38,974 nt of DNA from Proteromonas lacertae (taxonomy: Eukaryota). The stretch is from contig NGBS01001233.1 in NCBI GenBank assembly GCA_002245135.1, positions 1 to 38,974 on the forward strand. Direction: 5' to 3'. This document shows positions 11,742 through 22,498 of the stretch, piece by piece. The notes beneath the pieces are model-generated. The model was not told where the DNA came from and searched no databases. It was given only the letters and a program-made list of their open reading frames with translations. Both the position numbers and the translations under genes were made by a program. Within the stretch, counting starts at the first letter, position 1. Every line of letters begins with the position of its first letter.

Positions 11742-11825
11742 TTATTTGCTCTAATGTTCTACACAAAATAATCATGAAAATAATAAAAAATATTTCAGAT
11801 AAATGACTTTAAATATCAGAATATG

Positions 11826-11922
11826 AGATTAATACAAAGTAGTTAAGGTCATTGTAAGAACTATGGTGGTATTAGTTTTTGATTAAAGTAATTAATCTCA
11901 TATAGGCTCATTTTTCATATTG
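11826..11922. repeat. Dispersed intergenic repeat, copy 1
   Basis: AGATTAATACAAAGTAGTT plus a 58-nt block (11865-11922) that is 56/58 identical to 19394-19451. Internal inverted repeat ATATGAGATTAAT/ATTAATCTCATAT (left arm starts at 11821). Confidence 0.8.
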
Positions 11923-12319
11923 AATTATCAAGTTTTGTCTTATAGTGAATATATAGTTTTTTCTTTCCTATTGTTTTTATTATTTTATACTTTCATGCCT
12001 AACAAGAATGCTTTTTCTGTTAACATATTCTTTTAATACGTAGAAGTAAAGTCATTTACAAGTTGGGGAAGTAATTTCCTTAAGTTGATAAGCACATTTT
12101 CAATTTGAGGAAAGAGTTGTAATATTTTCATTTTTTTCTACTTATGAAATTTGTTTATCTTCAATTATTCAAGGGCAGATATCAGGAAAGCGACTTGTTT
12201 TTATAAACCTGGCTAATTTTAATATTCTGAAAAAAATATATATATTTATACTCTTTTATCTATATTTTTATAACATTTATTTTACAATATATTTTATTTT
12301 ATTTAAAAGTAATAATGTT

Positions 12320-13375
12320 ATGAATGAAAGAGATATTCCATTTAAAAGAGTAGTATTGAATAGTTTCTATTTAAGTAATTCTTATTACGATATACGATTT
12401 CAAATGATAAGAGTTTTAATTTCATATAATCCATTTAATAAATATAAATTTAGAATAACTGATTTATATTCTAATGAATTAAATTATTCAGTTATAGTAT
12501 ATGACAAATGTATGAGGTCTGAAGATAAGTTCTTATTGAAATATGGAAATATAATAATTAAAACCAAAATAGTGTATAATTCAGTTTATTTACATTATAA
12601 TAACGAATCATATATAATTGATGTAAATAACAATAGAAATATATCAAGCAGATATTCTATAACATGGTGTTTAACTTCATTAAGAAATTATTATGATGCA
12701 GTAATTCAATTTAATGAGACAATAAATCTATCAATTAAATATAAAGTTGAAAAAATTATATTATACTATTCTAATGTAAGTGATAGAATTATGAAATTGA
12801 TTAAAATATATGAAAAAATAGGAATTTTAGATCAATTTTATTTTAAAGAAGATGCAGAATCATGTAATATGAAAATATGTGGAAAACTACTACAACTAAA
12901 TGATTGCTTTTATAAATCTTTATATATTTCTGATTATATTATAAATGTTGATATAGATGAAATTATAATTCCAAATATTCATTTAAGCTATTTATCAATG
13001 TTAAAATGGATTGAATTTTCTTATTCTTTCGTAAATATGTATATATTCTATACTAAACTTTGTATAAAATCAACAAAAATGTATCACGAAGATAGAAAAT
13101 CTCCTAAAGACTATAACCAACTACCTCAAGTAATTGATGCAAGTATATATAATATTAAAAATTGTTGTAAAGTCTCAGTTATAAAAACGGCATGTTCAAA
13201 ATATATAGTAAAACCAACTATGATTGAAGCATTATGGTTACATGATGTTTGGAAAGGAGAATATAATTACTCAGTAATTCCTATTAATATAGCTTACACA
13301 AGGCATACAAGGCATTTGTCATTTGGATTGAATAGAGTATGTTTTAATTATTCTATTGATGAAATATTTAAGTAG
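12320..13375 (+). CDS. GT92/DUF23-like glycosyltransferase
   Basis: QLNDCFYK, YIINVDIDEII, KYIVKP and LHDV motifs. A hydrophobic anchor-like stretch lies out of frame at about 12230-12300, so the true start is probably further upstream. Confidence 0.7.
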   Translation: MNERDIPFKRVVLNSFYLSNSYYDIRFQMIRVLISYNPFNKYKFRITDLYSNELNYSVIVYDKCMRSEDKFLLKYGNIIIKTKIVYNSVYLHYNNESYIIDVNNNRNISSRYSITWCLTSLRNYYDAVIQFNETINLSIKYKVEKIILYYSNVSDRIMKLIKIYEKIGILDQFYFKEDAESCNMKICGKLLQLNDCFYKSLYISDYIINVDIDEIIIPNIHLSYLSMLKWIEFSYSFVNMYIFYTKLCIKSTKMYHEDRKSPKDYNQLPQVIDASIYNIKNCCKVSVIKTACSKYIVKPTMIEALWLHDVWKGEYNYSVIPINIAYTRHTRHLSFGLNRVCFNYSIDEIFK

Positions 13376-13394
13376 TAATTCAAACAAATAAATT

Positions 13395-15151
13395 ATGGAA
13401 ATAAGAAAAGATGTGAATGGACTAAGAGGATTATCTTTCTTATTTATATATTTTTATCATACTATATCTAATAAGTTAAAATCAGGTTTTCTTGCAGTTG
13501 ATGTATTTATTCTTATATCAGGTTATTTTTCGTTTTCCTCAAAAAATATTAATAGTATAAACAAATACCTTTCTAGCAAGATAAAAGATTAATTCCCATT
13601 GGATATGCAGTGTTATTTATGTGTTATAGTCTATCTAATATGTTTCTTAAAAAGTCTAAATTGGAAATTATATACAATGATATATTATCTTCATTATTTA
13701 TGAAATCAAATATATATTTTTATAGTAAAACAATAGACTACTTTGGTGATTCACTAAATATGTCAATTAATCTCCACTACTGGTATTATTGTCTTCAAGA
13801 ACAATATTATATTCTATTTTCTGTATTTATATTAATTAGTAATAGAACATGGCAATATATTTTAGAAATATTATTTTTTGTATTTTCTGTTGTTTTTTCA
13901 TATGTAAATTTTAGTCATGATTTAAATGCTATATATTATTTGATAAATGCAAGGTTGTGGGAATTTGTATTAGGTATACTTGTATATCAATCTAATGTTC
14001 ATATAAAATATAATTATTTTTCAAATTTAGTAACAACAACATATATAAGCATCATATTATTATTAAAACCAAATAGTATATATATTCCTTTTCCTTTTAA
14101 CTTGATATTATTATTGTTAGTATCTGTTATATTAATTTGTAACTCCAATAATATATTAACATTAAAAGTATTTGAATTATTAGGAAATATTTCACTCTCT
14201 GCATATTTGATACATTATCCAGTATTATTTTTGATGAAAAATAAAAACATAATTAATTCAATTATTCCACTAATTATCACTATTATATCATCATATATTA
14301 TGTATGTAATCATTGAAAGAAATGTATATATTCAAAATATTAAGCCTAATCATAGTATTCTACTATTTTTTATTATAGAAATATGTAGTATAATATATTT
14401 AAAGAAAAGAATACCTAAAATATTTCAATCAAAGAAGTATTTAACTAGAACAAAAGCAGTAGCTGATTGGAATTTTCTAGAAAACAATTTTAAATTATTT
14501 TTAAATGAAAAATATAAAAGAGCAATATTATTTATGGGAGATTCACATTTAATGCAGTGGTTTCCAGCTATCTTAAAAAACACTAACATCATATTTTATA
14601 ATTTAATATATTTTCATTACTGGATGAAATATATTATATATAAGAATCCTATTAAACTACTAAATATTTTATCGACATTAGAAGTACATTATATTATTTT
14701 ATCATTATTTTTAGCAGATTGTAAAAAATGTATTATAAAGAATATTACTCATGTTTATCACCCTTTCAAATTTTTTATATTAAAACTAACTACGAATGTA
14801 ATAAATATTATTTATATTATTCAAGACATTCCATATCATTATAATGATGTATTCATTAATCCTGATGATGGAATAAATTATTCATACTCAATTTTAGGAA
14901 TTAATGCTAGTATTAATTACTTTCCTATAATTAATCATAATAAGATCAAATACATAAATGTTACTAAATGGATATGTTACAGAAATAAATGCAAATTATT
15001 GAAAGATAATTATTCAGTGTATATTGGAGAACACCATTTAACAATTACTTTTACTTTATCTTTACATCATCAGTTAAATAGTGAGATGACTTTTGAAAAT
15101 TTAACTATAAAGAATAATAGTTCTATTATTTTGAGGAAAGATTTTTTATAA
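13395..15151 (+). CDS. Acyltransferase-3 + SGNH O-acetyltransferase (OafA/YrhL-type); 1-nt frameshift at about 13585
   Basis: RKDVNGLRG, GFLAVDVFILISGY, HYWYYCLQEQYY, RLWEFVLG, SLSAYLIHYP and GDSH. Adding one A to the A4 run restores KIKRLIP. Confidence 0.9.
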
Positions 15152-15179
15152 TTTAAAAATAATAATATGTATAGAATAA

Positions 15180-16142
15180 TTGAAGTATGTTTTTTTATTA
15201 TATAATTTTTGTAGTATGTTATTTATAATTACTATTTATCATAATACTTACATTAATAATATGAAAAAATCTGTTATAATAGTTCTAACTGTTTGGAAAA
15301 GAAATAATTTATTAATGCAACTGAAATTAGTTAATAAACAATCAATCCTACATTATATGAATGTATATGTTATGATATTTCAAAATGCTAATCATAGTAA
15401 TATAAAAGAAGTTGCGAAAGATTATAATATTACTCATAAATATTTAAATATAAAAATTATACATACTGAATATGAAACTGGTTACTATGGTAGATTTTTA
15501 GTTCCTCTAACTGCAATAAATAAAGATATTTCATATTTTATTATTTGTGATGACGATATACTATTTTCTTCGAACTATTTTGAAAATATGTTAAGGATAG
15601 TAAATGAAGGTAGTTTAGCAACTAGAAATGGTAGATATATAGATGAAAACAATACAGAAATATCAACTGATAAGTTTGTTAAAGGATTTATTTCATGGGA
15701 AAATGATTTAGAGTATGATTTTGGAGGTCACATATGGGCTGGTAAGATAGAATGGCTTAAGCTAGCATGGACACATCCACCTCCTACATTAGTTAATTGT
15801 GAAGATTTATGGATAAGTGTAGTATTAAAGAAATACTATAATATCAATACTAAAATCCCAAAATGTCCATATAATCCTAACACTAATAGCGTTATAACGA
15901 TGTGTGCCTGTAGTGATTTATCAGCATCAAAGCATATTACAGCAAGTTTAGGAGAAAAAGAAGTTTCGCATAAGAGTAGAAATTATGCATTAAAAAGAAT
16001 TAAATCATATTTTAATTTTAAAGGTATTATTGAAACTAATAAATCCAAATATGATGAAGTTAAAATATCAAAAATATATTATAGAAATAAAGAAGTCAAA
16101 TTAGATAAAATTATGAAAGACAGATGTCTATATTTTGTATAA
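15180..16142 (+). CDS. GT-A fold (GT2-like) glycosyltransferase with signal anchor
   Basis: VLTVWKR, YFIICDDDIL (DxD) and CEDLWIS. N-terminal hydrophobic segment. Confidence 0.7.
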   Translation: MKYVFLLYNFCSMLFIITIYHNTYINNMKKSVIIVLTVWKRNNLLMQLKLVNKQSILHYMNVYVMIFQNANHSNIKEVAKDYNITHKYLNIKIIHTEYETGYYGRFLVPLTAINKDISYFIICDDDILFSSNYFENMLRIVNEGSLATRNGRYIDENNTEISTDKFVKGFISWENDLEYDFGGHIWAGKIEWLKLAWTHPPPTLVNCEDLWISVVLKKYYNINTKIPKCPYNPNTNSVITMCACSDLSASKHITASLGEKEVSHKSRNYALKRIKSYFNFKGIIETNKSKYDEVKISKIYYRNKEVKLDKIMKDRCLYFV

Positions 16143-16495
16143 ATATCAATCTTTGTTATATTGAGTGGATATTACACCAGTGTGATGTATATACTCTATG
16201 TATAAATTCTATTATATTAGTAACTTCGAGGTAAAAATAGAATAGTTTATACATCAATACAAGAATAGAATTTTTATAGAATTTTGGATAGATTAATCTA
16301 TTCTTTGAAAAAAGTATTACTAATATTATACTTTTCAACATAAAAATGATAAAAAACATAACAGTTATTATTTTATTGTTTTAAATAAAAGTAACAATTA
16401 ATAGTCTAATGTTATATATTTTGTCATTTCTAATATTATATACACAGTGTTTGGAAGAGAATATATATAATACAAACTTTGTGTTTATTCTTTAA

Positions 16496-17504
16496 ATGAA
16501 ATTAGTGTATATAATTTATATATTACTTATTGTTATTTATTTATTTTACACTTATACTTCTAATGAGCTTAAAAGAATTATTAAAATGTATAACCAACAA
16601 TCAAATTATGTAAATGTAATTGCGAAAGGAGGATTAGGAAATAGATTAATGTCTACTGCCGGAATAATAATATTGTCTATATTCTATAAAGCTCAACCAA
16701 AATGTATATTTTATTATTAAAAATATAGTGACTAATTGGGATGAATTTGATTTATTTTATTACATACCTAATTATAAAATAACTGCAAATAGTTATATCA
16801 AACCAAAATCTTTAAATATATGTCCATTTAGTTATAGACAATTCAAAAACATTATAAAATATAAAAATTTATCTTTTAAATATATTTGGTGTGATTTATT
16901 ACAGGTTGTAAGCAAGAATAGCATGTTTTTAGAACAAGTTAGTTATTATTTAAATTATAATAAAAATGATAATTATATGTTTAATATATTCTTCATATAC
17001 TATGTAATTTTCTCTAGATTAATACATTTAAAAAGTAATATAAATGATAGAGTAAATGTCTTTCTTGGTAAATATAAACTAATTTCATTTACAGGAATTC
17101 AGATAAGAGTTGGAAATGAAGATTTGAAAGAAAGACAAAATATGAATATTAGCGATATAATAATTATGATAAATTTAGCCAAAAAATATAAAAAATATAA
17201 GAAATGGTATTTAACAGGAGATTCAATTAACATAAAAATGAACTTAAGCAAAAAATATAGAAATATTATTTTGTATTCTACTAATATAACTAAACATTAC
17301 ACTATTCATAGAAACAATTCATCCATTATTGTTGAGCATGAAATATTATCAAGATCAAAATTATTTATTATATCAAGAAGTACATATGGACTAACTGCAT
17401 TGCTAAAATCAGGATTTTTATTACATAAAGAAAATATGTGCTATGAAGTTAAAGATGGATTAATACATAATATAAAAGAAGAATTCTTTAGATATTTAAA
17501 ATAA
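16496..17504 (+). CDS. Alpha-1,2/1,6-type fucosyltransferase-like protein (GT11/GT23/GT37 superfamily), one 25-nt intron
   Basis: GGLGNRL, GIQIRVG, YLTGD and ISRSTYG motifs. Splicing GTATATTTT..AATATAG (16704-16728) joins the two ORFs in frame (QPKLTNWDEF). Confidence 0.75.
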
Positions 17505-17705
17505 ATAGAAAAATAAACATATATAGTCAGTAATTTAGCATTGTATCTTTTTAAAAATAAGAAAATTACTTCCATAATATAGCTTTCTGAAATTATAAAC
17601 ATCTACTATACATCCACTTATTTTCAATTGCCTAATAAAAAGTAATTTAACATTTACATATGTATAATCATAAATAAAACATACTTTAATTTACTTATAG
17701 ACAAC

Positions 17706-18737
17706 TCAAAAATAACTATTCTGTCTTACTAAGTCACATATCTTACAATAATTAAATGTAAATTGAGAACTAAACCTTTTAAACCAAACATATGATATAT
17801 TATCAATTAACCATTGTAAATGCATTTCTAATGCTGATTTATTATAACAAATATGTTGCAGGTATGAAGTTAAATCATTTATAGATTTGAAATGACTAAA
17901 ATTGATAATTGAAAAAGGATGAGGTAAAAATAGATCAATATTTCTTGCTCCGAAATATATTGGTATACTTCCTGCTAAAAAACAATCTGTTAATTTTTCT
18001 GTGACATAATCATTATTTATAGAATCAGCTTCATATATACTACCATTATTCCAAGATACAACTGAATTTTCAATAGCAACACAAAATTTATATTCTTTTA
18101 ATAATTCTATTTTGTTTTTCTTCGATATATTCTTTGGCCATTCTTTGTTATTCAGATCTTTTCCATATGAATCTATTGATATATATTTCATCATTTCTTC
18201 TACTAAATAATGCCTATTCTTGTATTTTATTTTTTGTATATAAACATAACTTTTCCTTTTCATAAAAGCAGTAATATTACAAAAATTAATTTTAGCTGTT
18301 TGAATAAATGAAGATATATTAAAATATGTATATATATTTCTTGATAAATGGCTTTTATTAACAAATAATCTATAATCAACAGCTAAGTGGTAATTTTTAT
18401 AAGTACCTTCACCTACACTTTTCATAAATTTTACTTGACTTAATTTTTCTAAAGTTATTAGTATATTATAAGTATAATTTGGTTTTAATGGAAATTTTCT
18501 ATTACCATTATATATTGAAGCTTGATAAATAGATTGTTTTTTATTTTTTGTATAGTAACATGAATATCTTCTTTCATTATATATGCAGTTTAAAGGATTT
18601 AAAGGTAGATGGTAATAATTTTTAAACGAATTACCAATATAAATATATACATCTATATTATTAATGTGAATTGAACTTAGGATAAATAATACTATAGAAA
18701 TGTAAATGGCTATTTTGTAAAAGATTATTGAATACAT
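17706..18737 (-). CDS. Alpha-1,3/4-fucosyltransferase (GT10)
   Basis: IDSYGK, YKFCVAIENS and DYVTEKL..CFLAGSIPIYFG form the canonical GT10 motif. N-terminal TM segment. Confidence 0.9.
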   Translation of the reverse strand: MYSIIFYKIAIYISIVLFILSSIHINNIDVYIYIGNSFKNYYHLPLNPLNCIYNERRYSCYYTKNKKQSIYQASIYNGNRKFPLKPNYTYNILITLEKLSQVKFMKSVGEGTYKNYHLAVDYRLFVNKSHLSRNIYTYFNISSFIQTAKINFCNITAFMKRKSYVYIQKIKYKNRHYLVEEMMKYISIDSYGKDLNNKEWPKNISKKNKIELLKEYKFCVAIENSVVSWNNGSIYEADSINNDYVTEKLTDCFLAGSIPIYFGARNIDLFLPHPFSIINFSHFKSINDLTSYLQHICYNKSALEMHLQWLIDNISYVWFKRFSSQFTFNYCKICDLVRQNSYF

Positions 18738-19331
18738 TTTTAGGTTAATGTGAGGATTATTATACTATTGTATTAACCTAAAAGTTTCAAAATAGAATTG
18801 AACTTTTATAAATGAATAAACATCAACTATTCAAATACATATACAATGAATTTAGTGATGTAGATGAAGAGGTAATTGATTAGTACTTATTACAGAATAA
18901 TCATTTTCTATATGAGTATTTCAAAGTATGAAGAAGTACAATAACATATTCAGTGTAATTCATATTTTTCATATAAATATATACATCGAAAAAAGGTTTT
19001 AAATAGAAAAAATTTACCTAATTATTACATTTACTTGTTTAAATATATATTTTGAAAAGTAAAATATTTCATTTTAACAAGTGAGGCTTGAATTGATTTT
19101 TTATTTTTTCATTTTAAAAAATGATTAAATAAAAAATGAAAAAATAAAAGTTGACACTGACATCATGGGAAAATCTCATGTAAGGCATTTTCAAAATGGT
19201 TAAATTCTTTACAATACAACACATATTTATCTCAGATAATGTCGAAGATAACACCAAAGATGAATTTACTTTTAAATCATTTGTCGGAATTAACTATAGG
19301 ATATTATTTATAAAAATAGATCATGAAAATA

Positions 19332-19451
19332 AGATTAATACAAAGTAGTTTACATCACTAAATAAGGGTATATTCATATAGTTTATCACTTAAGGTGGTA
19401 TTAGCTTTTGATTAAAGTAATTAATCTCATATAGGCCCATTTTTCATATTG
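19332..19451. repeat. Dispersed intergenic repeat, copy 2
   Basis: Same two blocks as 11826-11922, with a different and longer spacer. Confidence 0.8.
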
Positions 19452-19613
19452 TCTCACAATAAGTGATAATTAGCCGGCAAAGTGCTTCCCAAGAAGATTG
19501 ACATCTAAGTATGACTTATTGTACTATTCATTAAATAAATATCACCATTTCAATCTATTGAATAAGCAGCTGCATAAGATTAATAGAATACTTTATACAA
19601 TAACATAAACATA

Positions 19614-20501
19614 ATGTTTGTATATTTTATATTTATTACTTTGTTAATATATATTGTAATTTCAGCTTTGCGCAACTATTATAAATTACCAATTACTGTT
19701 TATAAAAGTAATGATTTAATTTGTGAACCATTATATTTAGAGAATAAAGCATTTTATGATACTGCTAATACAAAATTATTTAATGATAATAATCTTAGAA
19801 ATCATTTTTTCCCCATTTTTAAAAGAATATATCATTCTATTCAAAATGAAGATTGCATTTTGGATATAGGATCTAATATTGGTGATATCTCAGATATGTT
19901 TCATAAATATTATCCTCAAAATAGAATATACCTTGCAGAACCATTAGAATATAATTGTGATAAGACTAAACATAAATTTTCTTCATTATCAAATATAAAA
20001 ATAGTTCAGACAGCAATAGGGTTTAATAGGGATACTTTTATTTGGAAATATAAACGAGTTGGTGATATGATGCATACGAAAAGAAGATTAGCAGAATCAA
20101 CTATTAAATTTATGAATTTAGATAGTTATTATGAAATATATGTAAAATATGGAAATGTTTTCTTCCTTAAAATTGATGTGGAAGGATATGAAGATGAAGT
20201 ACTATTTACAGGGAAAAAGTTATTATCCAATAATAAAATAAGGTACATATATTTTGAATATCATAAACTATTTACATCTAAATGTAAAACAAGCTGTTCA
20301 TCATTGGTTGTTTATTTACAACACTTTGGATATAATTGTTATTTAATAGGTAAGTTTAATATAATAAAGATTACTAGTGGTTGTTTTATGGAGATTGATT
20401 CACAAAAATTAGCTCATGTTTTAGGAATTAAAGATCAGCAGAAAAAAGAAAAAGAATTTGTCGATTTATATAATAAACTATTCTACCCCAAAAACATTTA
20501 A
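19614..20501 (+). CDS. FkbM-family methyltransferase with signal anchor
   Basis: ILDIGSNIG, LAEP, QTAIG, FLKIDVEGYE and IYFEY. Confidence 0.88.
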   Translation: MFVYFIFITLLIYIVISALRNYYKLPITVYKSNDLICEPLYLENKAFYDTANTKLFNDNNLRNHFFPIFKRIYHSIQNEDCILDIGSNIGDISDMFHKYYPQNRIYLAEPLEYNCDKTKHKFSSLSNIKIVQTAIGFNRDTFIWKYKRVGDMMHTKRRLAESTIKFMNLDSYYEIYVKYGNVFFLKIDVEGYEDEVLFTGKKLLSNNKIRYIYFEYHKLFTSKCKTSCSSLVVYLQHFGYNCYLIGKFNIIKITSGCFMEIDSQKLAHVLGIKDQQKKEKEFVDLYNKLFYPKNI

Positions 20502-20531
20502 TAATCTAGGGTATTATAAAACAGACAAAAT

Positions 20532-21340
20532 TTAAATTATACAATTATTATCTTTAATATAAAAACCTAATGCCTTCTTAAATATTGCCACTTTGTACCC
20601 TGCATTTACCACCCTTGATATTAAATCAAGATCTTCTGTTGATTTAAGTGATTCATTAAATTTCATAACACTCATTATGTTCTTTTTCATAGATGGCCAA
20701 CCGTTTGTAATATAATATCTATTTGAAACATCACATTTGTATATTCTATTATCAAATGTAAATGTACTTTGACATCTTTTAGTTATTTTATTATATTGAT
20801 CTGTAATAGTATATTTATTATATACTTTCGAAATATTATGATAGTCTAGTAAGCTATAATTACTTGTTGAAGGATGGAATACTACATCTATTTCTCTGTT
20901 TTCATTAAATATTCTGGAAATAATATAGATTCTATATATAGACATAATGTCATCAACATCAAAATATGATATTATTGAACAATGAGAATAAAAATATCCT
21001 ACATTCCTATTCGAAGCAGCGTTATATTCTTTTGTTCTATAAACTACAACTAATTTATATGTGCATTTTTTTAACCTCTGTAATATATTATGTACATTAT
21101 ATTTATTTCTAAAGTTAATCCCAGATATTACTAATACAACTTCATCTGGATATCTTGTTGATTTGCAGATACTATTTATTAATGTATTGTTGCATCTATT
21201 AAAATCTTCATATGTTGAGGGAATAATTAAAGATAAACAAAAAGCATAATCTATTGAAAATGATATTACATATAAACTTGAAAGAGTAATAACGATTAAT
21301 AAAAAAAAATATATATATAGTTTCTTCTTTCCTATTAGTG
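20532..21340 (-). CDS. GT2 glycosyltransferase with signal anchor (start uncertain)
   Basis: LSLIIPST, PDEVVLV, NAASNRNVG, ISYFDVDD and TEDLDL. The ORF track extends it to 21482, but the first about 40 codons lie in the adjacent GC-richer island. Confidence 0.8.
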
Positions 21341-21359
21341 TTTTTAATAATTTTATACT

Positions 21360-21905
21360 TTCCAATCGATAAATTTGCGTATGATAGAACTTCTTGAAGA
21401 GTCTGAAGGGAGCTGCCAAGGAGAGGGGCTTTTTCCAGTTGAAGTGTTTTTCCAGGAGTAACTGGTAAGTATTCATCACCATCTACTTCATCATCCCCAT
21501 CCTATCCTTGAAGTAAGTTTTCGGCATCTTACTGAGATAAAGATCTCCAAAGGGTTGCTTTCTCTTGTTCAACATATGCATCATAAGGAACTTTACTTAT
21601 GCTATACTACGATTGCCGGAGGTGGTAATCTCGTCCAGTGATCAAGCAGAATCGGTGATTCACAGACTTATTAACTAACTCTGAGTTGTAGATCTCAAAG
21701 GTAATCTTTAAATCTCCGTCTAGTCTTCTTCAAGCAATAGTCTTCACATTACCAAGGTTGTCACTACCGAAGTTGACTACTTCGAAGAACTTCTCGGTAA
21801 AGGGCTTCTTGTTGAGTTGATCATACCAGCTTCCTCCGAAGTACTTCTTAAGCAACTCGTAGCTATCATAATTCTCCATGCTCTGATAAAGCTGTTGATT
21901 TTCGA
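21360..21905 (-). mobile_element. Third GC-richer island; decayed ORF fragment of unknown product
   Basis: Compositional shift. Minus-strand frame SMENYDSYELLKKYFGGSWYDQ... with in-frame stops, and codon style like 1-7500. Confidence 0.4.
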
Positions 21906-22498
21906 TGATAAAAAAATATAAGGAATTGTAGGCTATACAAATCCAAGTATATGTCTGGGCCACTTAAATGATATTTCTTTGTTACCTTGGATTCAAGTTC
22001 TGGTAATTTATATTCAATCTGTGGTGGTAGTGTAAGCATATATAAAAAATAGAATATACTATATGTATATGTATAATAAAATATTTAAAAAAAAAAGAAA
22101 TTAAAAAGAAAATGGGATTACTAATAATCTGTGCTAGGAATCGAACCACTAATGCCAGCTGCATGACTCTTTTTTCCTTGCACAGTCTATCAGATCCAAA
22201 TTAAATAAAAAAAAGGCATTTAGATATACCGTGCCAGGATGATTCAAGCCGAATTTCAATGGCGCAATATTAAACAACACATCCAAGTAGAAATTATTAT
22301 ACTTCCATAAATTCCTTGTGAAATTAATTTAATAAATAAATAAATAATTATAAATTAGAAACGCAGCCCTCATCGTAGCTAGTCTATCCAATGCCCAATA
22401 ATAAAAAACAATATATACAATATATAACATAATATAAATTTATTCGTTACAATATTGATTTGTCTCCCTTCTTTCTCTTGGGTCTCTCCAGTATTTTT

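Noticed and set aside
16156..16430. Additional small glycan gene on the minus strand
   Set aside because: Hydrophobic and short with no recognisable motif. It may be a remnant but cannot be supported.
5939..21905. Frequent in-frame TAG in GC-richer fragments (e.g. N*FLDALYNYV*EE, GMMK*MVM), suggesting TAG recoding
   Set aside because: The long fibre ORFs contain CAG codons, have no internal TAG and end in TAG. TGA stops and frameshifts co-occur, so CAG-to-TAG decay is simpler.
22129..22185. Functional tRNA gene
   Set aside because: Only 57 nt with no D arm or proper anticodon loop. Kept only as a Pol III-like candidate.
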